Assembly: GCF_006345805.1 (NCBI RefSeq)
Contig: NC_043003.1
Span: 45,198,001 to 45,262,000, forward strand
Direction: 5' to 3'
Length of the DNA: 64,000 bases
Source of the DNA: Octopus sinensis
Taxonomy: Eukaryota
Shown: in pieces, positions 39,576 to 53,526 of the stretch
Layout of the letters: every line of letters starts with the position of its first letter
Position numbering within the stretch: the first letter of the stretch is position 1
Program-made: the position numbers and the translations under genes
The notes under the pieces: generated by a model
What the model saw: the letters and a program-made list of their open reading frames with translations, nothing else
Database searches by the model: none
Told to the model about the DNA's origin: nothing

Positions 39576-39755
39576 AGGAAGGAGGATTCACAAAAAGAAG
39601 ACGAAGAGAGGTGGTGTAGACAAAAAACAGATGTATTAGTTTAACGCTCGGGAAGTGAAAAAGTCATTAAGGTTTCGAGCCTACGCTCTTCCACAGAAAG
39701 GAACACAAAAAGAAACAAGGAGAGAAGATAAAGAATGTGTAGTGGCTAGAGATCT
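39576..39755 (-). mobile_element. Short repeat with a decayed hammerhead-like motif, between two (TA)n tracts
   Basis: Reverse-strand homologue of 6186-6357. Confidence 0.7.
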
Positions 39756-39774
39756 ATATATCTATATATATCTA

Positions 39775-39891
<117 letters not shown>

Positions 39892-41640
39892 TGGTGGTGC
39901 CCCAGCATGGCCACAACCTCAAGGCTGACACATATGAGAGAATAAATAAAAGAATACATACGTACATGTATGTACTCACACATGTATACATTAGACTCAA
40001 CATTCATTACGACATTACTTGCCTGTTTAATCAGCTTTCCTTTAGCCACAGTGATGACATGGAAATCAAATGAATATTAACGTATTTCATTATATTACTG
40101 ACTTCACTAATAGGAACTTGTATGAAAAAAAAACGCTTTTTTTTTTCATCAGAAGTTGAATTTCAGCAATTGGAGAATGCAAACAATAACCTCACGATGT
40201 GTTGGTTTATTTGCCAACAAGTTCTTTGAGAGCAGTTTTGTGCTGAAGGAGCAGCATAAATCAAAATATAAACTGTTTACATTGCTCCATCAGTGGAACT
40301 TTGCTGCAGTTCAATCTAAATTTAAAGACTGACAGCTGTAAGGAGCATAAGCGCTCATTGGTAGATAGCAAATAGATACTGGTAGATACAATACCACTTG
40401 GTAGAGATATTGATGATAGCGTTATCATTATTGCGTCTATGACTATCGGAAATAGTCAAGTACTGCCTAAATACCCAATAACCAGGCCTGCTAATTTCTC
40501 TTTCAACTGCGGACTTGAAAATATTCTTGGTCAAATAACGGTTGATGAACGTCATTTACATAACATGGGTAGAATACAGTATTGCACCAACAGAGGCTGA
40601 AATATATTTTACAGGTCTTAGTTTATCCAAATTTTGTGATTTCGAGCTCTATATGGCTTTTACTGATTAATTTCATTTGAAAAAGTCCTGTGTGATAGTG
40701 AGCCTGAAGCCGATCCCTATTTGCTCATGAGTTTTTAACTTTTGTATCATGTTCGCATAGAAATTGCTACTAACATTTTAAGAGTGCCATGAGCTTAACG
40801 CCTACCTGAATAATTTCCTGACTATCATCTCAAAACATTTTCCCCAAAATAGAGAAAATCATTATTGTCCTCACAAACTATTCGAGAACAATAAGCACTA
40901 CTAAAACCAATTAGAATTTTTCCTCGTGATTTTTCTTTTACACAATAAGAAGTATCCAGTAATCAAATTTCTATTTTTACGTTTTAATAATTATATCATT
41001 GAAACAATAAATTGAGGGCGTTACATAAATACAATAGTTTACAATTACAATAATTGATAATTGCATATTTAATTACAATGATTGAACGTCTATTATCATA
41101 ATTGATGGGTATTAATAATCCTGCAAACAGCTGTCATTTGAAGAAAATTATTCAAAATCAATCCTTAGCAGCAATTATAGAAGTTATTTGTTCCAAATAT
41201 GCAGTTTTCCGAAGACAGTCCTCAAAACCTTCTCTTTCCGAATGTTACCAATACAATGAAAAGAAAAACGGTAGCAAGAAAAAATGTGAATATAGCTCAT
41301 TAAATGTTCTCATTGGTCTCTTCCACCGCTTCTCAGTCTTGTTCCTGATTTCTTTGTAAAAATTCACATCTGTCTCATTTAAACTTTGTAAACTCTTTTG
41401 CAACTCACTCCAAGCTAGGTGAAGAGTTCTTGTGTGCTGCACTTTTTTTTTAATACTTAAGCAACCTGTTTATTTTAGTTCTGTACTCACAGAAATTGTT
41501 GATGTTATGGTTGAATTTTGGTTTTTCTCCCTGAAAGAAAGAGAAACCTACAAGTCAGGCAATAAAAGAGACTGTTCTTCCAGGAATCAGCATAACAGCA
41601 ATTATCATCCAGCTTCGACATTTGTGTTCTGAACTTTAAT

Positions 41641-41840
41641 AATCCTTTCTATTATAGGAACAAGGCCTGAAATTTGGGGGAAGGAGATAGTCGGTTACAT
41701 TGACCTTAGTACTCAAATGGTACTTAATTTATCGACCCTGAAAAGATAAAAGGTAAAGTCAACCTCGGCGCACTTTGAACTCGGGCGAAATAACGTCAAG
41801 CCTTTCATCCAGCGTGCTAACGATTCTGCCAGCTCGCCGT
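41641..41840 (-). mobile_element. SINE family B, long-tail variant
   Basis: Plus strand ends CGATTCTGCCAGCTCGCCG; tail AATCCTTTCTATTATAGG is like the tails in the 11748-12600 array. Confidence 0.85.
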
Positions 41841-43185
41841 CTTGTGCTGACCTTTAAAAATAACAATGAATCTTGTGTTCTACTGTGATATGTTTCTGCA
41901 GATATTTCTGGTTTTTCTCCCCTTTTAACCTGATTGAAGCCTATTGTTATAATGATAGTCTCCAGTGGTAGCACTGATATCAAGGGATGCTTATATAGGC
42001 CAGTGTATATAAAATATATGCTTTTCCTCAAGGTAAAAGCTAAACTTGGAGAAAGTTGCGCAAATATAGATGCCTTCCTCCATCCCCTTACTGTCGGGCC
42101 TGCTGTTCACGCGATTTTGTGCACCGTATTCAGTCTTGTAAGGACAATAGGAAGATTCTAGAAAGAATAAAATCATATCTAATATGTAAACCCAAACACT
42201 CGGAAGCCATTTACAATTTCAGTGAGTTTCTCTTTTGAAACATGGACATAAACGTCATGATTTCCTTCAATCAATAAGGGTACATTTTTGTCTATAAATT
42301 ATAGTCACTTATGTATTTTTTCACACTAGTAAGACATTCATTATAATGTAATAAGAAAATAACAAATGTGGAAAATAAGTAATTTTTTTATTTTTTTGCT
42401 TTTTATGTTTTTTGCTGACAGTATGAATGTTTTCGATGTTGGGTACAAAATCTGATTTGATTATTTTTTCGGATAAAACCGCTTATATAAATTTAATAAA
42501 TCATTATTAAAAGTACATTACAAATCACAAGGGAGGGTTTTTTACAAATACTTTCAAAGGAAATAAAAATATTAAACACCTTCCACTCATATCCAATGGT
42601 AATTCTGCTATAAAAATATCGATAAATATATTCAGAAAAATAGTTAAACTATGATTATTACACCTTCCAAATTTTAGAATGTATTTCTAATATATATATA
42701 TATATATATGCTTGGTTTTTTCTTTTTTTTTTTGATCTAAAATTTTAGCTTACGTATGTTAATTTTATAATTTTCTCCTTTGATTCTATTTGATTTAGGT
42801 CACTTATCAATAAAATGGGAAATCGATTATTTTACCAATTTTATTTAGTTCAGAATTAGATCAACACCGCGAACAGTTGTCTTTCTTGCACTTATTTCTA
42901 AATATATTTTTTTAAACTGGCAACTTTAACAAGGCACTGAGAAAGTGATACTAACAATAGGATACTGCAATATTTGTTTTACAAATATAGACTTACTCCT
43001 TCAGCACTTGGTCCCGTATGAATACTACAATAGGCTTTGGCCATTAAGCATACGTCACTAAGCTTTTTCGAACGCGCTAAAATAACGGTTTTATGTAATA
43101 CTGGACATTTGTCACATTAAAATTCTACTGCATTAAAAGGGAAATCGAATATTTATTTAATTAAGAACAATCAATAAAAAAATTA

Positions 43186-43740
43186 TTGGGTTGCCTTGAA
43201 AGTTTGTGCCGATTTATAGTAGCTTACTTTCGACTTATATTAGTACATGGTTGAGTCCATAAAATAGGATTTGACTAGACCTCCATTTAGAGTACAGTTT
43301 TAGCTATCTTTTCGTGGAAGAAGGTTTGTGTTCCTATAACCTGTGTTAATTCTGCAACCCTTTAAAATGGAAGATAAGAATATTCATTTTCGGTACTTGA
43401 TGTTTGGGAACCAGACAAAAATTGCTGCTGCAGCTCGGCTAGGATGTGTTACCCTACCCCCCATATTCACCAGATATTGTTCTTTCGGATTTCCACTCAT
43501 TCAGTTCTCTGAAGAAGAGTCTTAATGGTAAAAATTTCAATTCCTTGGATGACGTAAAAAGATACTTTGATGAATTATTTGTCATGAAACCACCTCAATT
43601 CTGGGAAGAGGATATTTTCAATTAAAGGAAAGATGGAGACGCATTGTGCAACAAAATGGTTCGTATTTGGTTGATTGGCAAGTATTTATTAACCTATTTC
43701 TTTCCTTTAAATAACGGCACGAACTTTCTGGACAACCCAA
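43186..43740 (+). mobile_element. Mariner non-autonomous derivative with both TIRs and TA flanks
   Basis: TTGGGTTGCCTTGAAAGTTTGTGCCG / CGGCACGAACTTTCTGGACAACCCAA; TA at 43184-43185 and 43741-43742; MEDKNIHFRYLM joined to PPYSPDIVLSDFH...ERWRRIVQQNGSY. Confidence 0.9.
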
Positions 43741-44779
43741 TAAATTCATACAAGGATCACAAAGATAACTTATTTCTTTGCCATTCACAAATGTAGAATA
43801 ATATATGCGATTGAGCCAAAGTAAAATATGATAGGTCAGTAAAAATATTGCAAATTCCATCATTCTTTTTATAGGAAAAGAAAATGTTTCCTTGTTTTAT
43901 TGAAAATCACTCTTTCAGTCAATTTCTTCGATAATATAAGCAATAATCATCTTTCTAAAAGTATACAGTACGGTACAATACGCTCCTAATCCTTTAAATC
44001 AATCTTTTCTCCTGGAAACTTCGGAATATATTTCATTTGAGTTGCCGGTTGTGAGATTAAGGCTATTTTGAATTCTAGTAACTCATTGATATTTTACATA
44101 CAATTTCTGAGTTTTATGTAAATATTGCTGCATGTAACAATAAGATCATGCGATGGGTGTTAAAGTTTGCTAATCTTAAGCAATGTAGGTTTTAAATTTA
44201 ATTTGAAAGAGATTCTTCACTGCATTATTCAGTCTTTAATGAGTTTATCAATCTATTCGGAGAATTTCATACAAATATTACAGTTGATAGGAATCTAAGT
44301 ATATGGAATGCTTTGGTTATAAATTTAGACTTAAATACTGCTAAACACTTTTAGTAAATCTAAGGGCAGTTGCCGTAAATAAATATACATTCCAACTATT
44401 CCATAAAATCCTAATTAATTTAGATAGTAACATCGATAAGTGAATGTCCAGTTTATCCCTTAATGGGGAATTGCTTAAACGTATTGCCAGTTAATACAAT
44501 GTTACATCAAAATAGATGTTTTAAAGATAGAATGGATTAAATGAATAGTAACGCTAGTATTCGTAAATACATCAGTAGAAAACGAATGATTATATGGCCC
44601 AATGGTCCGTATAGGTTATAAACGTCAGGCTTACAATGTGTAGTTAGTTGGAAGAGGGGAGCTAGTCATCTGAGTATAACATGAAGGAATTTATCACCAT
44701 AAGAGAAAATATCAGTCAAGTACCATCTTCAGCTTATTCGATTGAATTGACACACAGATTTATGGTCTTGTTACACAGT

Positions 44780-45850
44780 AAAATATTAGTGATAGATATT
44801 TCAGTAAGCTAGATGAGGCAATTAGAAAAGATATCACGTCTGAGTTAAGTACGGGGAGGGCTCACGGAACTCGAAGTTTGGCTTTTCAAAGCAGATATTG
44901 GTGAACGAAAAAATGCAAACTATTCGATGAGATGAAGTGACAGAGATATCCTTTGGCAATTAAGCCACGATAAAATCGTTAACCAGCCGGAGTGATCGCG
45001 TGCTATGCGATTCAAAGCAAATATGTCTGGCTTCTCTGCTCAATGCTTTTCTATCAGTAGTTCTCTGTGAGACTACAATACTGCCCCACAATCAATGAAC
45101 TCTGGTGTTCCTTAAGATTCAGTTCTGTACCACACAATTCTTTCTATAAACAAACCATGTACTTGCAGTCACACTCAAAACACTCAATTTTGTGAAAATG
45201 AGTCGACCTTCTATTTCTCCCTAAACTTCCCCTACCATGCACCAACCGCACATAATTTAGAAGACACATGCCAAATCTACATTAACTCTAAAACAAACTT
45301 TAGAGCATCCTCTAGCTACTGCGTACCAGCCTTCTTCTTTTTCCAGTAAAACAAACCTTCAGTCACTACACATATTAAGGAAACACCACTATACAACAGC
45401 TTCCCTAAAAATGAGCAGCACTCAGCAAGATCCCTCTCAGTTGCTCCAAGCACTGTGTCGTCATATTATCACGGATGAAATGTCGCGAAAGCATATCCTT
45501 AAAGTATTTAGGGTCGCAATCTAAAGTTTTACACTTCTCGTTAGTCCAGAAGAAATTTCAGTGGTCAACATCAGAAGATATTTCAGTGGTCACGTCTACA
45601 AAGCTGTAGTGAGCCTGCAATGGAATACTACTCCTAAACTACGGATAATGTGGCTGCTTCGCATGCTAACATCTTATACCGTATCCAGAGAAGCACTACT
45701 TCAGTGAGTGGCACCCCCGCACTAAAGGACAAAGTCAAGTCTTTTACTCACAGGCAATCTGTCTTCTCTAATCCCTCTATTTCCTATCGCTACTATAATA
45801 GTATCTACTCCTTGCGCGTTGATGGGTTCTCACCACCACCAATCAGTCAC
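44780..45850 (+). mobile_element. Jockey/CR1-like LINE RT remnant, heavily decayed
   Basis: SMNSGVP*DSVL (INSGVPQGSVL), SLKYLG, and YRIQ...SISYRYY...PPP C-terminal pattern. Confidence 0.65.
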
Positions 45851-46414
45851 TTGTGTCCCACACATTTCCCCAAATCAAGTCATCCTTAATCCATGTCACC
45901 CTTAGTCCATCCAAATCTCCTTTTCCAACATTAACATTCGTATCCGATCCTTCGGTTCCGTTGACGTATTTACTGCTGGTGTTGACCTACAGCATGTGCA
46001 ATGACACATTAACTGCATGTACGTCAACGGTCTCAGAATGCACAGTGGAGTCTTGTTCTATACACTTTCCTCCAGATTCAGTAAGCAAAATCCAAGTCCC
46101 ACCGGAATAAACTTTGCCATTCCTCTTGGAGGTTGTTAAAATAAAGTAGCAGTCAAGCACTGGAGCCAATCTAAACGTCTAACATCATTCCAACAAAACA
46201 AATGGCTTTGATCATAAATAAGAAGTGTTAATAGGATGATGGACTGCAGTACTCCTTTCGGCTCTTTGTGTTCTATGTTTAAATTCCACTGTGGACAGCT
46301 TCACGTTTCATTACTTTGGGGTCGATAAAGAAATATAACACTCAAGTACTGGAGACATTGAAATCCACTAACACTTCTCGTTTAAAATATTGGTATTTTG
46401 CCTAAATCAAAAAC

Positions 46415-46456
<42 letters not shown>

Positions 46457-47289
46457 CGGCGGCGGCGGTGTGGGTACTGGTGCTGGTGCTGGTGGTAGCA
46501 GCATGATTACTTATGTTGTCGTAGGCTGTCAAAATACCTTGTTATAGCGCAATGTTGTTGAAATTGAAAGCCAAACCTGCACTCTGCTCTCGACTAACAG
46601 CTCAGTGGCTGCTGTGAAGTATTTTCGTTGCTGTATCTTGCAAATAAACATCTGTAGAAATAATATTTATACATTATACCCTTACCCGGATCAAGTTATA
46701 ACTGTCGGGGCTTCTAATTCTAATGATGCATACATGATTGCCAATACATTTCACATGTGGCTACAATTTTTCTGAAGTCATATTAGTAGAAAAGAGGTTC
46801 AAAGAGATGGAATAAGAGAGAAAGAGAGAGAGAGAAAGAAAGAGAAGGGGAGTTCTGTGAGAATAAGATGGTACTTGCACGTCTCTAACCTTGATGCTAA
46901 TACTTAGATTTTGTTTGTTTTTGTTCCTGTTTCTACTTATTTTAAACTTTTTCCAGAGTCGGATACCTTTTTTCCTGTTTATTTTCCTTTTCGTATATAT
47001 TTATAGATCGGATACATAAAAACAGAGCTTGTTAGTCTTTTAATAGAAGTACACACAGACCATAGATTTCTACAGGTGAAAGACGATTAGAAGAAATGGC
47101 ATTTTCTTAATGAGTTTATTGGCAGTAAATAACGACTGTAAATGTTCAACGGATAGGCTCTTTGCGAGCTGGATATATTGTTTGTGTGTATATATGGACT
47201 AGAGAAATAACCGTGCAATGAATAATATATAAATAGACGTTGGCTCCTTAGGCACACATAATATGTAGATTCTGAATGTGTGCATTTAT

Positions 47290-47545
47290 CAGGTCATCCC
47301 ATAAGTTTTGTCCGATTTTACTTTTTTTTAAAATTGAATTGAATTTACTAGTATTTTAAAATGTCTAATGGAATTAAAAATTATTTTTTATGCATGTGCG
47401 TGCATTTAAACTAATTAAATATTATTTTACAGAATAACAGAATAAAAAATTCTTTGATTAAATTTTTTCTAACATGGAAGTATCCAAAGAGCATTTAAGG
47501 CACATAATGCTTTGAGTACAAAAAAAGGAAGCTCTGCAGCCGAAT
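47290..47545 (+). mobile_element. Mariner 5' end remnant
   Basis: CAGGTCATCCCATAAG TIR-like start; MEVSKEHLRHIML...KKGSSAAE N-terminus. Confidence 0.65.
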
Positions 47546-48577
47546 TTTTAGCAGGCTTGTATCAGTTGTATGAAAGAAACAAGAAAATAGATCTTATAAA
47601 GGTATAGACACTATAATGTCACCTCAATTTATCCAACACATTCAAGTTATCGATGATGATGCCGGAAAATCAATAAGACCCATCATCAAAAAACGTCACG
47701 TAAGGAAGTGGACGATCAAAACCGTTCTGCTGGAGAACATTCGATACAAATCATCTGAACTGTGTGAGAAGCTGATTTGTGTCTGCAAAGACATAGAAAA
47801 TCTGTTTGATCCGTTCCAAGCAGTTACTTAAGGATGTTAAAATCCCTTACCAATATGGCATGCATTGATTCATCTTTAATGAAGAAAACATCGACCAAAG
47901 ATAAAAATATATGAGAAATGACAGAGGGTTACGTGTAGATCCTTCAGATATCTCCAGGGCGGTGCACATAATATTTCCCCAAAACTGGGACTTTTATGCT
48001 TGAAGAGTAACGTAAATTAAGTAAATCAACATCATATATTCCTAAAGGTTTTGTAATTAATGTTGCTGGACCCACTGAGGCACTGGATACAGTCTTAAAG
48101 ACCTGGATTAATGAATTATTGAATGAAAGCCATAAATGTTTCAATAAATCTCGGCACCTTCTCACAAACCCCAGCCTCCCAAGAATAGATTTCAGCTAAT
48201 CTTTGCAATTATCAAATTTGTTGCAATTTATTGAACTTGTAGCTTCTAAGAACTCAATAATTATATTCCTGTACTTCTAAATATGGCGCATTGTTCAAAG
48301 AGAGACTAATCAACATCCTAAGAACACCATAACCCTATTGAAGGCCGCGATTGTACAGGTGATGTCCGAAGTGAATAAAAACCATTCAGTGCATGTGTGT
48401 CAACACTATCGGACCCACATTCATGGAGTCATCGAAGCTGAAGACAGAATAATGTTATAAGAAATTGCAATCAGAACATGTTCACAAATATTTAATAATA
48501 TACGTTTGGTTTTACTTCCTTTTTGTATCTGGTTTGCAAGGTTCCTTATGTGAATTCGTGTGTTGAAGCATATTTTA

Positions 48578-48900
48578 TTGTGTCTTCTGGAAGTTATTTC
48601 GTCTTTACGCATAGTTAAATATAACACACTCCCCGGTTCGATTTCCACTCAATGGATTTTTATATATTTTTTTTTCCAGAATTGTTGTTGTTTCTTACAA
48701 CCTTTTCAGTAGTTGTTTACTCTGTCCGTTATCGGAACGCAGCTCCGATAACGGACAGATAACTATTGAGAAGGTTGCAAGAAGCAATGAAAATTCTGTA
48801 AGAGAAAATATAAAAGTATAAATAAATTGAGTGGATATAGAACCGGTGAGTGTGTTGGTTAGTAAGGCGTAAAGACGAAATGACTCTCCCCAGACACAAC
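48578..48900. repeat. Long imperfect palindrome with a perfect 16-bp inner stem
   Basis: TCTGTCCGTTATCGGA (48721-48736) / TCCGATAACGGACAGA (48744-48759); arms remain alignable for about 150 bp. Confidence 0.9.
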
Positions 48901-49110
48901 ATGAGGCTTTCTTTTATCCTATAGTCATTTTATAAAATTATCAGATATTCTTACATCCTCTGTTTATATACACGGTATGACCGACTTCATTCTCGCTCTC
49001 GATTCTCTTAACAAAGTTTTTTTTTATATAGATATTTACAATGAAAACGTAGTGATATTATTTAGCAAGACCTCTAGGAACTACATTATTGTAAGAATGA
49101 AGATGAATGT

Positions 49111-49155
<45 letters not shown>

Positions 49156-49200
49156 TATTAATGAAGGAGAATTTTGTGAAGAAGATACAACACATGCAAG

Positions 49201-49467
49201 CAGTTAGATTCTTAACACCGTGGGTCACTGCAGAGCGCATTAATAAAAGTTAGTAGCTCACTTCACATGGAAATATTAAATATCAGTTGTAAAATTGTAT
49301 ATTTCGAAGATATTGGAGACTGTTGGTAAAAGATCTACCTTAACCTTACTCATCTGAAATAAAATTATGAGAAAACTTTCCTTAACTTTCTGAAGCATTA
49401 GTGTGGATTTTCAAAAGGCATTAAAAAAAAAAAAAACATTGGTTCACCTACCGTTTGAGAAACACTG
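49201..49467. mobile_element. Possible hAT-type MITE
   Basis: Right end GTTTGAGAAACACTG (reverse complement CAGTGTTTCTCAAAC); the left end is only a degenerate match. Confidence 0.3.
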
Positions 49468-51696
49468 CCCTTGGTGTAATGGCGATGAAAGTGACGGCAA
49501 AAGGAAGCATACAGTTCTGGGGTTATTAACTCAATTATGAAAGCGAATGAATATTATCACTTAGCTGCTCTTTTGCGTATGTGTCGATATGATATAAAGG
49601 CATATGTGGGTCGCGTTCGTGTCTGCAAATCTCAGGCAAAAATTTCTTTATGTTCTAGAAAGCTAAATTTAACCTTTATGCGAACTATATTGTTTTTGAT
49701 GTTGACCGAAATACTTTATATTTCAACACTAAAGCATGTGGATGCTATGATTGTCGAAATGTTTAATTTGTTGATCTGTTAATTGTACGTATATACTGTC
49801 ACACACAGAAATGGCTGCAATGTCCACGTTTTGGTAATGGTGACTTTGTAAATGCAAACTACCGATCCCTTTCCGCTTCCTGTCTTACTCTATCAAATTT
49901 TCACTTCACACGTGATAGGCGTGCCACTTCATGAAGCTGTTTCATTATCTCTTTCGAAGATAATGTTACCTGAAGTCACTGTTCCTCACAGAAACACAGT
50001 GGCCATTCCGTTATTCGTCCTCTTCTCACCTTATGATGAAAGTATCTATCCCAAAACAGTTAAAGTTGCTTACATAGGGAAGGTAGGCTACAGAAAAATT
50101 AGTCGATCAAACTGACCCAAGCCTTTGGTTTTTACTTCGACATTGGCCGATTCGTACTCAGGGCATTCAAACACGAGGCATTCTGTTCTACGTCGTAGAA
50201 CAACAATTTTCTACCTCATTACCCGTAAGTTATAGCACAATGATGGAAAAAACACTTAGGAAGGAAGATTCGGAATGAAAATATAGAAATACCTGAATTA
50301 ATTGCAAATTAATAATTTTCAAAAAATATGAAAATTCACTAACTGCCACGCTTATTGTTGGTGTTAATTTTCATTTTAGAATAAGAATGAGTCTTACTAC
50401 GTCTGAAATGTGCATACTCTGAGATCAGTGTCAAATGCTTTAAATCGGGTCTTTTTATCGTTTACGTGTGGTGGAACTTTCAGTAGTTATCAAATGTGGA
50501 CGGCTCTAAACACAGTTTTGCCTTCGAGCCACTCGATACAACTCATAAATAAGTATCAGCAATTTTATTCACTGTAAACTGAACAAAATCAAAGAATTTT
50601 TCCTGGTTATAGTCAAATATTTCTGCCATGTGTTAAGCATGTGGAACTGTGTATAGACTTTTATAATATGCCTATGTAGCATTCGTTGACGGTACGACGA
50701 CCACAGATTTGAAGTCCAAACTAAAATTAATCTAAAGCGCGTATATTAGTAACTGAGAACAACAGGGGTTCACTATAGCGTCACAGCGTGTTGTGGCGGC
50801 ACGTGTGCTTCAGCATGTCTATGGAGGGGTGAAAAAAAACCGCCACACAAATGCAATAATATGCAGTGGAAGTATGTCTAATAGCCCATGTGCAACTTCC
50901 ACTCATGTAATGTTGTAACACATGTAGTATCAATGCTTACTCTCCAAAAATCGATATAGGACCAACAATTATTCTAGACTTCAAAAATGACAATACAATA
51001 TTAAAACAGTACTTATTGACAATGGATCGTGAATATTTATTGAATTTAGAAGCCCATTAGAGATGGAAAACTTAAAATCTATTCATGTATTTATTTTCCT
51101 TTTTTTATTGTAGGTTATTTCATTTATTTTAATTCTAATATGAAAATTAAACATATTAAGTTGCTCTTTTTTCACACAGCATCTCATACGCACACAACTT
51201 TTAACGATTATTACATCTTTTAAAGTTTAATGTGTAATTTCTATTTCTAAGTATTTTTTTTTTTATGTTTTGCTCAAAATATGCAATGATTCGGGATTAA
51301 TTAAAACTGGCGTCGTATTTTAAGGCGACAAGCTTCAAGAGAACATTTGTAACATTATGGATACCTTCTGATAAACGGTTTCGTTTCAGTCCAATAGCAC
51401 ATGTAGTAGTAGTAGTCGTACATCCTAAAGCTATAATACGCAATAGTTGTTATTTACTGAAATATTTCTTTCACATGCACAGCTTAAACATTATTTCGTC
51501 CCCAGTAATCCTTGAGCTCTAAGCAGCAATATCGCTAATGCTGATTCCAAAATTTGGCAAAAGGCCAGCAAGCTCGAGGGAAGGGAGCAAGTTGATTAAA
51601 TGACCCCAATGTTCAACTGCTACTTATCTTATCGACCCCGACAGGATACAATATTGCTAATATAAGAAATGAGATATTATTGTATCTACGTGCAAA

Positions 51697-52295
51697 GGCG
51701 ACGAGCTACCACAACGTTAGCACGCCGAGCAAAATGATTTATTCTTTATTTATATTTTTTATTCTTTTAATTGTTTCAGTCATTTGACTGCGGCCATGCT
51801 GGAGCACCGCCTTTAGTCGAATCAAATCAACTCCAGGACTTATTCTTTGTAAGCCTAGTACTTATTCTATCGGTCTCTTTTGTTTAATCGTTAAGTTACG
51901 GGAATGTAAACACAGCAGTATCGGTTGTCAAGCGATGTTGTGGGGACAAACACAGACACACAAACATATACACACACGTACATATATATATATATATATA
52001 TATACAACGGGCTTCTTTCAGTTTCCGTCTACCAAATCCACTCACAAGGTTTGGTCGGCCCGAGGCTATAGTAGAAGACACTTGCCCAAAGTGCCACTCA
52101 GTGGGACTGAACCCGGAACCATGTGGTTGGTAAGCAAGCTACTTACCACACAGCCACTTCTGCGCCTATATATGCTTTGCAGCACTTCGTCTGTCTTTAC
52201 GTTCTACGTTCAAATTCTACCAAGGTTGATGTTGCCCTTCATCTTTTCGGGGTTGATAAATTACGTACCAGCCGATCACTAGGGTTGAAGCAACC
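51697..52295 (+). mobile_element. SINE family B split by a family A insertion
   Basis: Head GGCGACGAGC...GCAAAATG at 51697-51736 resumes as ATGCTTTGCAGCACTTCGTC at about 52170. Confidence 0.8.
51745..52166 (-). mobile_element. SINE family A, full length, nested in family B
   Basis: Reverse complement of 55237-55662. Confidence 0.9.
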
Positions 52296-52617
52296 CGCTA
52301 GTCAACCACCACAAAATGCTTGCCATTGAAACCAATGTATCTATATACTCCTGTTTCAGATCACGTGATAGATTTTATGTATATTGGGGAGGGGAATACG
52401 TCTGAGTATCGCCTTAAATTTGCTAATGATGTGTTGTGGGTTCCCCTCCAGATATCTAACCTCTCATTATGAGGTGATGTGAATTTTTTATACAATAATA
52501 TTTGTCATACGCTCTGCAAAGGACAATATTCATAACTGACTGACAAATATAAAAGATTGGTTAAATGTGAGAATAGGATATATACATGCATGTAAGTGTT
52601 TGGACAGATATATGAGA

Positions 52618-52656
<39 letters not shown>

Positions 52657-52664
52657 TCATACAT

Positions 52665-52937
52665 GCTGATGTTAACATAAAGTTGAAGATTAATGCAAAA
52701 GTGCATATCTACGCTGAACTATTGAGAAATTTGCAGTTACTCTATCCAGGTTACAAGATCAGGTTTATACTTGTAATCATTTGGGTCCCTTAGATATGTA
52801 ACACACTGCCTAAGTACCAGTCTTGAGAAACTATGCTCTCCAAACCCAAAAGGAAAAAGCTAATTTAATGACTATACATCCAATCCATCACTGGAACTGT
52901 AAATATCTGTAAAACTTGCCAGAAGTTTATCATTTAA
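52665..52937 (+). mobile_element. Second copy of the RLE C-terminal LINE fragment
   Basis: ADVNIKLKINAK...YAELLRNLQLLYPGYKIRFILVII; colinear with 18531-18794 to the same stop codon. Confidence 0.75.
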
Positions 52938-52954
52938 TATATATATATGTGAGC

Positions 52955-53176
52955 ATTAAAATTAAAAATGGGAAAAATTGATGGTAAAAATTGATGGTAA
53001 ATTTTTTTTTAAATCGTAGACTCATCGTAGACGCGCGCTAATAACCAGAAGGGCTCGATATGAATCACGACTATAAGATACCCGGTTTTGGTTAAACTGC
53101 ACCGCAAAATGTGGGAGTAGTTAGGAATCTAAATCGTAGGAGACAGACACACAACCTTACTTTTATATATAAAGAT
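52955..53176 (+). mobile_element. Helitron-like non-autonomous element, 3' part
   Basis: Shares GATGGTAAATTTTTTTT and the AGACACACA...TTTATATATA(A/G)AGAT end with 54147-54517. Confidence 0.5.
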
Positions 53177-53360
53177 ATTTTAAATAATATATTATATAGG
53201 TATGTTGATGCAAATAGGTAAAATAGTACTCAATTGAGTATATGTCTATTTTTATTAGTATTTAGTACCTGTAATAGTGTGAGAGCTTCGTGCAGTGGCA
53301 CTTGATAGGCGCCAACGCACGAAAATCTCGGACCTTTAGTCATTCTGTTACTTCCGCTAA

Positions 53361-53492
<132 letters not shown>

Positions 53493-53495
53493 CAG

Positions 53496-53526
<31 letters not shown>

